From NCBI RefSeq assembly GCF_000621645.1, contig NZ_JHXR01000001.1, forward strand, positions 120,001 to 152,000: a stretch of 32,000 nt of DNA, written 5' to 3'. The stretch is from Vibrio cholerae ATCC 14035. Its GTDB lineage: Bacteria > Pseudomonadota > Gammaproteobacteria > Enterobacterales > Vibrionaceae. Each line of letters starts with the position of its first letter. Positions within the stretch are counted from its first letter, which is position 1. Position numbers and translations under genes: made by a program. The notes under the pieces are model-generated. The model was given only the letters and a program-made list of their open reading frames with translations. It ran no database searches and was not told the origin of the DNA. Below, piece by piece: positions 16,997 to 26,360 of the stretch.

Positions 16997-18202
16997 ATGG
17001 CACAGACTTTATTGAATCAAGGTGTTAGGAAGAAAGTCGTGATGGCTATTTTCGCGGCTTGGAGTTTGGTCGCCGCTTTGGTGTTGTGGCAATTCTCCTT
17101 GATCTCTTCCTCCTCACGCAGTCTCGATGAACTCACCAATCGTTTGATGCATTTTCGTGAGACGCTCTATTTTGCGCAGCCCTATCGAGCCAATCAAGCT
17201 CCTAATTTGGAGCTTGAGCTGTCATTAGTCTTAGCTTTACGCATGCAGATTGAAGCTGAACAGTCGAGGATATGGATTCGGCGAGATGTGCAGCAGCTCT
17301 TGTACCAAACCGATCGATTTGTTGAACAAGCGCGGGCGTTTTTAACCATTGAGCTGCATCCAACGGAGTTGGCTGAGCGCTTTCGTGAAAGTCGTCAGCG
17401 TGTGCATGCCGATCCTCAGTTATTGTCAGCGTATTTCCAGTTAGGCGCGTTTAGCTTTGAAGCGTTGTTTGCGGATAATAGAAACAGTCCTGAAATCTAT
17501 CGAAGTTTAGATCGTATTTTGCAAGATTCTTTAACCTTGCCCAGTCGTGAACAAGAATCGCTGCAAGTTGCTTTGGCACAAGTTTCTCGCTTACTGACGC
17601 AATACGCCGAAGGCGATAACCTCGTCGGAAAATTGCTCAATCATGCTGTCTATGAAGAGGCGAGTATGCTTGAAGAGGAGTATCACCATCAGCTCTGGAT
17701 CATGATGGTGATTCTGGTTGGGGCTAGCTCGATAGCGATGCTCTGTTTTATCGTATTGCCATCCCGTCCCCAGTTTTTGCCTCGATCTGCTTCAAACCAA
17801 GAAAATACAAAATTTCACAAGCTAGGTGGCATGAGTCATCAAGTCAATATCGCGCTGGTAGAGCAAACGCTGAATGGCGACTTTGAAGCCGTTCGGCAGC
17901 TACTCAAAGTTTTTTTGGAAGATCATAAAAATGATGATGAGCAGATCCGTTCGCTGTTACTCAGTAATCCTGAAGCCGCGCAGCGACATTGTCATAGCCT
18001 AAAAAGTGTTGCGGCAAGCCTTGGTGCTGAGCGATTAAAGCAGGTCGCTGCTGAAATAGAGAGTCATTTACGAGCGGGGCAGCTCCCAAGTGAAAGAGCC
18101 TTGGATAATCTTTCTGCTTATCTGGCTGAAACTGTGCGTGAGGCAGAGTGGCATGTATCGCGATTGCCTTCGGATGAATTATCAATAAAAAGAGCGCCTT
18201 AG
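16997..18202 (+). CDS. Membrane-anchored protein with a C-terminal HPt (histidine phosphotransfer) domain
   Basis: 401 aa. TM1 spans about aa 14-35 and TM2 about aa 233-254 ('LWIMMVILVGASSIAMLCFIVL'), with ~197 aa of predicted helical extracytoplasmic sequence between them. The C-terminal ~100 aa match the HPt consensus, including 'RHCHSLKSVAASLGAERLKQVAAEIE' (H333 in HSLK). Confidence 0.8.
   Translation: MAQTLLNQGVRKKVVMAIFAAWSLVAALVLWQFSLISSSSRSLDELTNRLMHFRETLYFAQPYRANQAPNLELELSLVLALRMQIEAEQSRIWIRRDVQQLLYQTDRFVEQARAFLTIELHPTELAERFRESRQRVHADPQLLSAYFQLGAFSFEALFADNRNSPEIYRSLDRILQDSLTLPSREQESLQVALAQVSRLLTQYAEGDNLVGKLLNHAVYEEASMLEEEYHHQLWIMMVILVGASSIAMLCFIVLPSRPQFLPRSASNQENTKFHKLGGMSHQVNIALVEQTLNGDFEAVRQLLKVFLEDHKNDDEQIRSLLLSNPEAAQRHCHSLKSVAASLGAERLKQVAAEIESHLRAGQLPSERALDNLSAYLAETVREAEWHVSRLPSDELSIKRAP
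17843..18151 (+). other. HPt domain-coding segment (about aa 283-385) of the preceding CDS
   Basis: 'LNGDFEAVRQLLKVFLED' ... 'HSLKSVAASLGA' ... 'LE' matches the four-helix HPt signature. The putative phospho-accepting His codon is at 17993-17995. Confidence 0.7.
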
Positions 18203-18210
18203 CGCTCTTT
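18189..18210. terminator. Shared hairpin between the convergent HPt gene and nhaC
   Basis: Stem AAAGAGCGC / GCGCTCTTT with loop CTTA contains the HPt gene's TAG stop. The minus-strand tail is U-rich (UUAUUGAU), so it fits nhaC termination best. Confidence 0.6.
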
Positions 18211-18236
18211 AAAAGATAACAAGTGATGGAACGTTG

Positions 18237-19682
18237 TTATGCAGAAGCCGGTGCTTTCTGGATTTCCTCTGCCGTCACTTCTTGTTCATTCATGGCCTGT
18301 GTGGGTTCACATTTATCGACAAACCAACCACAGTAAGATGTGATGATAGTGACGAGAATACACACGAAGCTTAGCCACATAAACGGTGCATAAGAGAGAG
18401 TCGCCACACCCAAAATGCTCGCCATATAGATGCCGTTATCACTCCAAGGCACCATGCCAGAGGTCAGTGTACCGCCGAATTCTGCGTTACGAGACAAGTT
18501 CTTACGTTGATAGCCTAAACGATCGTAGTTCTTGGCACAGATTTTTGGGGTCAGGATCAGTGATACATACATCGCAGAACCAAAAACGTTCCCCATAAAG
18601 GCGGTACCGATAGTGCTGGTCGCTAGCGAACCTGGGCTAGTGACTCGGCGCTCGAACAGTTTGGCGATGGTTTCTAGCACGCCGACTCTATCGAGCAGAC
18701 CACCAAAACCAAGACCGAAGACGATAACCGCAACCGATCCGAGCATGGATGACATACCGCCACGGTTAAGAATTGCATCAATAAAGCTTACGCCAGATTC
18801 AATATTGTAAGGTGCCCATGCGGTGTTGAACGCTTGAAGGAAATCGACATCTTGGATCATCACAGCCCAAACGATACCGAGCAATGAACCAAAGCTGATC
18901 ACTGGGAAAGAAGGCATACGCATTGCCAACAAACCAAGCACAATCAACACAGGCACGAAAGAATAAGGCGTGATGTAGAACTGCTGTTCCATCGCGGCAA
19001 TGACCGTCTCTACTTGTGACATATCGACGTTGCCAGCGTAATGGAAACCAAACAGAGTAAACAGAATGCCAGTGATCACATAGCTGATCAGAGCAATCGG
19101 TAACATGCCTTTAATGTGTTCCATCACTTCAACGTTAGACATCGAAGAGGCTAAGATCACAGAGTCAGACAGGGGAGACATCTTATCGCCGAAGTAACAG
19201 CCTGACAGCACAGCACCAGCAGTGATAGGCGCTGGAATACCAAGGCCTTGTCCAATCCCCATCATGGCAATACCGGCAGTACCTGCCGCACCCCAAGAGG
19301 TTCCCGTTGCCAGAGCAGTCAATGAACAAATCACCATAGTGGCTAATAAAAAGATAGAAGGGTGAATTGCTTTTAGACCGTAATAGATGATGGTTGGCAC
19401 AATACCGCCGGAAATCCACGTTCCGACAAGAGCACCGACCGCCAATAAGATCAGCACTGCGCCTAAACCATTTGAAATGCCATTCAGGGCAGCATTTTCT
19501 AAGTCTTTGTATTTATGTCCTAGGCGAATACCTAACGTCATGATCACGAACCAGCCAATATACAGAGCCAGTTGGATCGGTAAATCCAGTTTTGCGGTAA
19601 ATGAAAACGCTAACAGCAAAAATAGGCCAAGCGAGACGATTACTTGAGTCAAACTTGGCAGGCGTTGTTGGGCTTGTAACAT
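18237..19682 (-). CDS. nhaC: Na+/H+ antiporter NhaC family
   Basis: 481-aa polytopic protein of ~11-12 TM segments whose length and glycine-rich helices are typical of NhaC. Confidence 0.85.
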   Translation of the reverse strand: MLQAQQRLPSLTQVIVSLGLFLLLAFSFTAKLDLPIQLALYIGWFVIMTLGIRLGHKYKDLENAALNGISNGLGAVLILLAVGALVGTWISGGIVPTIIYYGLKAIHPSIFLLATMVICSLTALATGTSWGAAGTAGIAMMGIGQGLGIPAPITAGAVLSGCYFGDKMSPLSDSVILASSMSNVEVMEHIKGMLPIALISYVITGILFTLFGFHYAGNVDMSQVETVIAAMEQQFYITPYSFVPVLIVLGLLAMRMPSFPVISFGSLLGIVWAVMIQDVDFLQAFNTAWAPYNIESGVSFIDAILNRGGMSSMLGSVAVIVFGLGFGGLLDRVGVLETIAKLFERRVTSPGSLATSTIGTAFMGNVFGSAMYVSLILTPKICAKNYDRLGYQRKNLSRNAEFGGTLTSGMVPWSDNGIYMASILGVATLSYAPFMWLSFVCILVTIITSYCGWFVDKCEPTQAMNEQEVTAEEIQKAPASA

Positions 19683-20106
19683 ACTAAGAGCCTCTTATCC
19701 AATCGTTAGTAAGGAGTCAGGATATCCTTATTGAGTCGAGGTGCACTTTACCGTAGTTAAAATAATATATCGACATTAAAGCTCTTTGTTGTGATTTATA
19801 TCGTTCAAGTGGTTAATTTGTAGCATTTGCTGTTTATTTTTTGAGTAATAAATGAAAGCAAATCTTTTGTGAGGTGAGTTTTTTGTGTTACAAGAAATAA
19901 GTTTTTTGGTAAAAATCTGACGTCAATACTCTAACTTGGTTAAAAAGTGAGAGTTTTAAGATGCTTGCCGTAAAAAAGCGAATAACCCCGAGAGAAGGAT
20001 AAGAAAAAGTTGTCAGATTTGCTAAGAAAGGCTTGAGATTTCAGGCTGAACCACTTATAGATGGAGCCAGTGATTTGACATTGGATCTACACGGAGAGTA
20101 AGGGAA

Positions 20107-21219
20107 ATGAGAGTAGGTTTAGTAGGTTGGCGTGGCATGGTCGGTTCTGTCCTCATGCAACGCATGGTAGAAGAGCGCGATTTTGATCTGATTGAACCGG
20201 TTTTCTTCAGTACATCGCAAATTGGTGTTCCTGCCCCTAATTTTGGTAAAGATGCAGGCATGTTGCACGATGCGTTCGACATTGAGAGCCTCAAGCAGCT
20301 TGATGCTGTCATTACCTGCCAAGGCGGTAGTTATACCGAAAAGGTCTACCCAGCACTGCGTCAAGCGGGTTGGAAAGGTTACTGGATCGATGCTGCATCG
20401 ACATTGCGTATGGATAAAGAGGCGATCATCACTCTGGATCCCGTTAACCTTAAACAAATTCTGCATGGTATTCATCATGGTACAAAAACCTTTGTCGGTG
20501 GTAACTGTACTGTGAGCTTGATGTTAATGGCACTTGGTGGCCTGTATGAGCGTGGCTTGGTGGAATGGATGAGCGCTATGACTTACCAAGCAGCATCCGG
20601 AGCGGGCGCACAAAATATGCGTGAGCTGATTTCACAAATGGGTGTGATTAATGATGCCGTCAGCTCAGAGCTTGCCAATCCTGCCAGCTCCATTTTGGAT
20701 ATTGATAAGAAAGTGGCTGAAACCATGCGTTCGGGTTCTTTCCCAACCGATAACTTTGGGGTTCCGCTGGCAGGTTCACTGATCCCTTGGATTGACGTGA
20801 AACGCGATAATGGCCAAAGCAAAGAAGAGTGGAAAGCGGGTGTAGAAGCCAACAAAATTCTGGGTTTGCAAGATTCTCCAGTACCGATTGATGGTACGTG
20901 TGTGCGTATCGGCGCAATGCGTTGCCACTCTCAGGCATTGACCATCAAACTGAAGCAGAACATTCCTCTCGATGAAATCGAGGAGATGATTGCTACTCAT
21001 AACGATTGGGTCAAAGTGATCCCGAATGAGCGTGACATTACCGCACGTGAACTGACACCCGCTAAAGTAACCGGCACGCTGTCTGTCCCCGTCGGCCGCT
21101 TACGCAAAATGGCGATGGGCGATGATTTCCTCAATGCCTTCACGGTTGGCGACCAGCTCTTGTGGGGGGCTGCTGAGCCGTTGCGCCGTACGCTGCGCAT
21201 CATTTTGGCCGAGAAATAA
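20107..21219 (+). CDS. asd: Aspartate-semialdehyde dehydrogenase
   Basis: 370 aa beginning '[20 protein letters not shown]' (NADP-binding loop) with the active-site 'GGNCTVSLM' (catalytic Cys). Confidence 0.96.
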   Translation: MRVGLVGWRGMVGSVLMQRMVEERDFDLIEPVFFSTSQIGVPAPNFGKDAGMLHDAFDIESLKQLDAVITCQGGSYTEKVYPALRQAGWKGYWIDAASTLRMDKEAIITLDPVNLKQILHGIHHGTKTFVGGNCTVSLMLMALGGLYERGLVEWMSAMTYQAASGAGAQNMRELISQMGVINDAVSSELANPASSILDIDKKVAETMRSGSFPTDNFGVPLAGSLIPWIDVKRDNGQSKEEWKAGVEANKILGLQDSPVPIDGTCVRIGAMRCHSQALTIKLKQNIPLDEIEEMIATHNDWVKVIPNERDITARELTPAKVTGTLSVPVGRLRKMAMGDDFLNAFTVGDQLLWGAAEPLRRTLRIILAEK

Positions 21220-21251
21220 TCGTCTCCCTTGGCGAAGCCACATCTCCTAAC

Positions 21252-21278
21252 AAAAAAGCGCCGTTTGGCGCTTTTTTT
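21252..21278. terminator. Bidirectional terminator between asd (+) and the marC-family gene (-)
   Basis: Stem AGCGCC / GGCGCT with loop GTTT is flanked by A6 on the left and T7 on the right. Confidence 0.8.
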
Positions 21279-21308
21279 ATCGACGTCTTAAATCGAGTTA
21301 TTCACGAT

Positions 21309-21947
21309 TTACGCTAAGCCGGGAAACAAGTTACGTAGCCCATTGGCAATAAATTCAATACCGAGCGCACCAAGGATCAGACCCATGATACGGGTGATTA
21401 CGTTGATACCGGTTTGTCCGAGCAAGCGGACGATATACGGTGCTGAACGGAAAAGCAGCCAAGAGCAAAAACTGAAGGCGACAACGGTCAAAATGATCCC
21501 CAAGGTATCCAGCATATTTGGATAACGTGAGCCATAAACAATCGTTGAACTGATGGCTCCGGGGCCGGCCATGAGTGGCATCGCCAGTGGGACAACCGCA
21601 ATTTGCTCACGGCTGATGTATTCGGATTTTTCCTGTTTATTCTGCTTATCCTCACCGAGCTTACCGCTCATCATCGAAAAGGCGATGCTAAGCAGCAGTA
21701 AACCGCCTGCAACACGGAATGAATCGAGAGAAATACTGAAGAGGTCGAGCAGCATTTGACCCGCCAGTAAGGCGATGATCAAGATGATGGCCACGGCGAT
21801 ATTCGCGGTCGCTGCGGTTTTATTTTTCTCTTCCAGCGTCATGTGGCCAGTAAGAGAAACAAATACCGGCATAATGCCTACAGGGTTTACTGCAGCGACA
21901 AGGCCGAGAAAAAATTGGAGGAATATAGCAATTTCAAAGCTTTGCAT
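21309..21947 (-). CDS. MarC-family (UPF0056) integral membrane protein
   Basis: 212 aa with six TM segments and the family N-terminus 'FLGLVAAVNPVGIMPVF'. Confidence 0.8.
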   Translation of the reverse strand: MQSFEIAIFLQFFLGLVAAVNPVGIMPVFVSLTGHMTLEEKNKTAATANIAVAIILIIALLAGQMLLDLFSISLDSFRVAGGLLLLSIAFSMMSGKLGEDKQNKQEKSEYISREQIAVVPLAMPLMAGPGAISSTIVYGSRYPNMLDTLGIILTVVAFSFCSWLLFRSAPYIVRLLGQTGINVITRIMGLILGALGIEFIANGLRNLFPGLA

Positions 21948-22412
21948 GATGAAGTCTCGTAACCATCATTGGGACGTAAAGAAGCGTGCGTAATGTAAGT
22001 TAAAGATAGCAAAAGCACGAATGAAAAAAATTGAGTCGCTATTGATTATTATGTGAGAAAAACTAATTGATGAAGAATTATGCAAAGAGTAAGTGTCATT
22101 CTTGTGTCAAGTTTGTTTGCTCATAATGTCGCCTGTTAACATTCGCACATTTTTTGTAAAAACTTAGGCAATGGCTGGTGGTCGTAAGCATAACCGATAT
22201 ACTCTCAGTAGCACGTTAACCCCCTCTTAAAAGTGGTGGTTGTGTTTAAAAATGAAACTTTTTTACAGGCTGTTGTAGTTTTTTTAGTTTTTGAAAGCTA
22301 AGTGCGGTTTTTTTAATCACGAGTGGTTTTTTGTTTAAATCGTTTAATTTCAATTGTTTAATTTATGTTTTTACTCTTGGGTACCACTTGTTAGGTAATT
22401 AGTTTTTCATAA

Positions 22413-22454
22413 CTGATCTGAGTCAATTTTTTTCACAGTCTGAAATATTATACT
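22413..22454 (+). promoter_or_regulatory. Putative class II FNR/CRP-family-dependent promoter of adhE
   Basis: CTGATCTGAGTCAA (22413-22426) matches FNR consensus TTGAT-N4-ATCAA at 8/10 and contains the shared TGA-N6-TCA core. TATACT (22449-22454) lies exactly where a -10 would sit for a site centred at -41.5. The predicted TSS is near 22461, about 113 nt before the ATG. Confidence 0.4.
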
Positions 22455-22573
22455 CAGTCGTGAAAGCAATTTACTAAGTCGGTTGTAAGTTAAGTCTTTG
22501 AACCACAGTAAAAACGAACTGCAGCACACTTACTAAAGAGTTTTTAACATTTTTTTATTTTAGGAGATTCATT

Positions 22574-25258
22574 ATGCCTGTTACTAATCTGGCTGAACTT
22601 GATGCTCTGGTTGCTCGCGTTAAAGCAGCTCAAGCTGAATTTGCTACTTTCTCTCAAGAACAAGTAGACAAAATCTTCCGCGCAGCCTCTCTAGCAGCAA
22701 ACCAAGCACGTATCCCGTTAGCACAAATGGCGGTAGAAGAATCAGGTATGGGTATTGTTGAAGATAAAGTAATCAAAAACCACTTTGCTTCTGAGTTTAT
22801 CTACAACAAGTACAAGGACGAAAAAACCTGTGGCATCCTCGAAGAAGATGACAACCTAGGTACTATGACTATCGCTGAGCCTGTTGGCATCATCTGTGGT
22901 ATCGTCCCAACGACTAACCCAACCTCAACCGCGATCTTCAAATCACTGATTTCTCTGAAGACTCGTAACGGTATCATCTTCTCTCCACACCCACGTGCGA
23001 AAAACTCAACCAACGCAGCAGCGAAACTGGTTCTGGATGCCGCAATCGCAGCGGGTGCACCAAAAGACATCATCGGTTGGATTGACCAACCTTCAGTTGA
23101 GCTGTCAAATGCTCTGATGAAACACGATGGTATCGCACTGATCCTTGCGACGGGTGGTCCTGGGATGGTGAAAGCGGCTTACTCTTCTGGTAAACCAGCC
23201 ATCGGTGTAGGTGCAGGTAACGTTCCAGTTGTTATCGATGAAACTGCAGATATCAAACGTGCGGTTGCTTCTATCCTGATGTCTAAAACGTTCGACAACG
23301 GTGTAGTGTGTGCTTCTGAGCAAGCGGCTATCGTAGTGAGCGAAGTTTACGACGAAGTGAAAGAGCGTTTCGCAACGCACAAAGCGCACGTCCTGAGCAA
23401 AGCGGATGCAGACAAAGTGCGTAAAGTGCTGCTGATTGATGGCGCTCTGAACGCGAAGATCGTAGGTCAACCTGCTGCTGCTATCGCTGAAATGGCAGGC
23501 GTAAAAGTACCTGCAGATACTAAAGTGCTGGTGGGTGAAGGTCTGGGCAAAGTCTCTTATGACGATGAATTCGCTCACGAGAAACTGTCTCCAACACTTG
23601 GCCTGTTCCGTGCTGACAACTTCGAAGACGCGGTTGCTCAAGCGGTGACTATGGTTGAGATCGGCGGTATCGGTCACACCTCAGGTCTGTACACCAACCA
23701 AGACGTTAACGCAGACCGTATCCGTTACTTTGGTGATAAACTGAAAACTGCCCGTATTCTTGTCAACATCCCGACCACTCACGGTGGTATCGGTGATCTG
23801 TACAACTTCAACGTTGCACCGTCTCTGACTCTGGGTTGTGGTTCTTGGGGTGGTAACTCAATCTCTGAGAACGTAGGTCCTAAGCACCTAATCAACAAGA
23901 AAACTGTTGCGAAGCGAGCTGAAAACATGTTGTGGCACAAACTACCTAAGTCTATCTACTTCCGCCGTGGTAGCCTTCCAATCGCCCTGAGCGACCTAGA
24001 AGGTAAAAAACGCGCATTCCTAGTTACTGACCGTTTCCTATTCAACAACGGTTATGCAGACGATGTGGTTGCCCTGCTGAAAGCACAAGGCATGGAAGTT
24101 CAGACATTCTTCGAAGTAGAAGCGGATCCAACACTGTCTGTCGTAGAAAAAGGCGCTGCAGCAATGCAAAGCTTCCAACCAGATGTGATTCTTGCGCTAG
24201 GTGGTGGTTCACCAATGGATGCGGCGAAGATCATGTGGGTAATGTACGAGCACCCAGATACTCACTTTGAAGAACTGGCTATGCGCTTTATGGACATCCG
24301 TAAGCGTATCTACAAGTTCCCTAAAATGGGTAAAAAAGCAGAGCTTGTTTGTATCACTACCACTTCAGGTACGGGGTCAGAAGTTACACCATTCGCGGTT
24401 GTGACTGACGACAAGACTGGCGCTAAGTACCCACTGGCAGACTACGAACTGACACCACAAATGGCGATCGTAGATGCGAACCTTGTGATGAACATGCCTA
24501 AGTCTCTGACCGCTTTCGGTGGTTACGATGCGGTAACTCACGCACTCGAAGCTTATGTATCCGTTCTTGCGAACGAATACTCAGACGGTCAAGCACTACA
24601 AGCGCTGAAGATGCTGAAAGAGTACCTACCTTCTAGCTACGCGAATGGTGCGAAAGATCCAATCGCTCGTGAGAAAGTACACAACGCAGCCACTATCGCT
24701 GGTATCGCATTCGCGAACGCGTTCTTGGGTGTATGTCACTCAATGGCGCACAAAATCGGTGCTGAGTTCCACCTACCACACGGTTTGGCGAACGCTCTGC
24801 TGATTGCTAACGTAGTACGTTACAACGCGAACGACAACCCAACCAAACAAACGGCATTCTCTCAATACGACCGTCCACAAGCACGTCGTCGTTACGCAGA
24901 AGTGGCGGACCACTTAGGTCTGAGCCAACCGGGTGACCGTACTGCACAGAAGATTGAGCGTCTGCTGACTTGGTTGGATGAACTGAAAGTTAACCTAGAC
25001 ATTCCAAAATCAATCCAAGCTGCAGGTGTAGCAGAAGCAGACTTCCTTGCAAAAGTGGATGAGCTAGCGGTTGAAGCGTTTGATGACCAATGTACTGGTG
25101 CAAACCCACGCTACCCACTGATCGCTGAGCTGAAAGAAGTTCTGCTGGCTTCTTACTACGGTAAGCCATTCGTTGAAGGTCAAACTTTCGAAGGCACCAC
25201 TGTTATCGTAAAGAAAGCAGATCAAGAAGCGGCGAAAGCGCCAAAAGCGAAAAAGTAA
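22574..25258 (+). CDS. adhE: Bifunctional acetaldehyde-CoA / alcohol dehydrogenase
   Basis: 894 aa with an N-terminal aldehyde dehydrogenase domain ('FDNGVVCASEQ', catalytic Cys) and a C-terminal Fe-ADH domain ('GGGSPMDAAK', 'HSMAHKIG'). It has a strong SD (TAGGAGA) and strongly biased codon usage. Confidence 0.97.
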   Translation: MPVTNLAELDALVARVKAAQAEFATFSQEQVDKIFRAASLAANQARIPLAQMAVEESGMGIVEDKVIKNHFASEFIYNKYKDEKTCGILEEDDNLGTMTIAEPVGIICGIVPTTNPTSTAIFKSLISLKTRNGIIFSPHPRAKNSTNAAAKLVLDAAIAAGAPKDIIGWIDQPSVELSNALMKHDGIALILATGGPGMVKAAYSSGKPAIGVGAGNVPVVIDETADIKRAVASILMSKTFDNGVVCASEQAAIVVSEVYDEVKERFATHKAHVLSKADADKVRKVLLIDGALNAKIVGQPAAAIAEMAGVKVPADTKVLVGEGLGKVSYDDEFAHEKLSPTLGLFRADNFEDAVAQAVTMVEIGGIGHTSGLYTNQDVNADRIRYFGDKLKTARILVNIPTTHGGIGDLYNFNVAPSLTLGCGSWGGNSISENVGPKHLINKKTVAKRAENMLWHKLPKSIYFRRGSLPIALSDLEGKKRAFLVTDRFLFNNGYADDVVALLKAQGMEVQTFFEVEADPTLSVVEKGAAAMQSFQPDVILALGGGSPMDAAKIMWVMYEHPDTHFEELAMRFMDIRKRIYKFPKMGKKAELVCITTTSGTGSEVTPFAVVTDDKTGAKYPLADYELTPQMAIVDANLVMNMPKSLTAFGGYDAVTHALEAYVSVLANEYSDGQALQALKMLKEYLPSSYANGAKDPIAREKVHNAATIAGIAFANAFLGVCHSMAHKIGAEFHLPHGLANALLIANVVRYNANDNPTKQTAFSQYDRPQARRRYAEVADHLGLSQPGDRTAQKIERLLTWLDELKVNLDIPKSIQAAGVAEADFLAKVDELAVEAFDDQCTGANPRYPLIAELKEVLLASYYGKPFVEGQTFEGTTVIVKKADQEAAKAPKAKK

Positions 25259-25300
25259 TGTGATTGGTTTTCGCTAGCACGAAACAAATCGGGAAATTCA

Positions 25301-25326
25301 AACCCTCCATAAGGAGGGTTTTTTTA
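25301..25326 (+). terminator. Rho-independent terminator of adhE
   Basis: Stem AACCCTCC / GGAGGGTT with loop ATAA is followed by TTTTTTT. Confidence 0.85.
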
Positions 25327-25367
25327 TGCCATGACTTTGGGAAGAGTCAGTAAGATGGCCACTTGAG

Positions 25368-26243
25368 TTAGGTCCACATCACCAAGATAGCGGCCAGAGC
25401 CACTAAGATAAGCCCGAATCCATCTTTAATTCGCACTTTTTGACCTAGCCAGAAGATGGAGATCAACATAGTGAAAAAGATCTCCACTTGGCCAAGCGTT
25501 TTCACATAAGGCACGGCTTGCAGTGACATGGCGCTAAACCAACCTATCGAGCCTAAGCAACTGCTCACACTGGTCAGCATGACTAACTTCGGGCGTTGCC
25601 AAAGCTTGTACAAGGTCGATCTCTCTTTAATGAGCAAGTATCCGACCAAACAGAGTGTTTGCAGCGAGATGACCAACAACAATACCCAAGCTGCGCTGTA
25701 AGGGAAGGGGAGTTGTGAGGCGAGACTGGCTTCACGAACCCAGAGTGAAGTGAGAGCAAATGCACTACCGCTGCTCAAGCCAAGAAGTACGGTCGGGAGT
25801 GAAAGCTGTTTAAAACCGCCGTGACTGCTCAGCATAAAGACTCCAACCCCGCCAATCACTACACCAAGCCAGCCTAATACCGTGAGTTGAGTGCCGAAAA
25901 ACAGCATACCCAAGATTGCAGCCACCAAAGCTTCGCTTTTAGCCAGCCCAGCACCAACCGCGTAGTTGTTGTATTTAAAAAGCTTGACCATTAACGCGGT
26001 AGCCAGGATCTGCATGAACGATGCGCCGACCACATAATGCCAAAATGCACTGGAGAAGGTGGGTAATGCGGCAGGTTGCCATTGATAGAGTGCGATCAGA
26101 TACACGCCAGCAATCGGGCTTGCCCAGAGAAAGCGTGCGAGGGTCACACCTGCTGTTGTCACATCGCCAGATAAACGGCTCTGGAATGCGTTGCGCCATG
26201 CTTGCATAAAGGCAGCAAACAGGGTGAGAAAAATCCATGTCAT
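25368..26243 (-). CDS. EamA/DMT-superfamily transporter (10 TM)
   Basis: 291-aa protein that is hydrophobic throughout, with two EamA-like halves. No more specific assignment is possible from sequence alone. Confidence 0.75.
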   Translation of the reverse strand: MTWIFLTLFAAFMQAWRNAFQSRLSGDVTTAGVTLARFLWASPIAGVYLIALYQWQPAALPTFSSAFWHYVVGASFMQILATALMVKLFKYNNYAVGAGLAKSEALVAAILGMLFFGTQLTVLGWLGVVIGGVGVFMLSSHGGFKQLSLPTVLLGLSSGSAFALTSLWVREASLASQLPFPYSAAWVLLLVISLQTLCLVGYLLIKERSTLYKLWQRPKLVMLTSVSSCLGSIGWFSAMSLQAVPYVKTLGQVEIFFTMLISIFWLGQKVRIKDGFGLILVALAAILVMWT

Positions 26244-26331
26244 GGTGTGCTCCGGAAGAAAGTGGAAGCACCATGCTAGAGAAAGGCTAAATTATCAGCA
26301 AGTTAAATCATCGATGGCTGGCCGTCGTGAA

Positions 26332-26354
26332 CAAGGCAGCGCGAGGCTGCCTTG
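26332..26354 (-). terminator. Hairpin after the SulP gene (weak terminator candidate)
   Basis: A 9-bp GC-rich stem CAAGGCAGC / GCTGCCTTG lies 7 nt after the stop, but only two U residues follow it on the minus strand. Confidence 0.35.
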
Positions 26355-26360
26355 GTGATA

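Noticed and set aside
19683-20106. Lysine riboswitch or amino-acid attenuator upstream of asd
   Set aside because: There is no recognisable L-box core, and no terminator/antiterminator pair ending in a U-run before the asd start.
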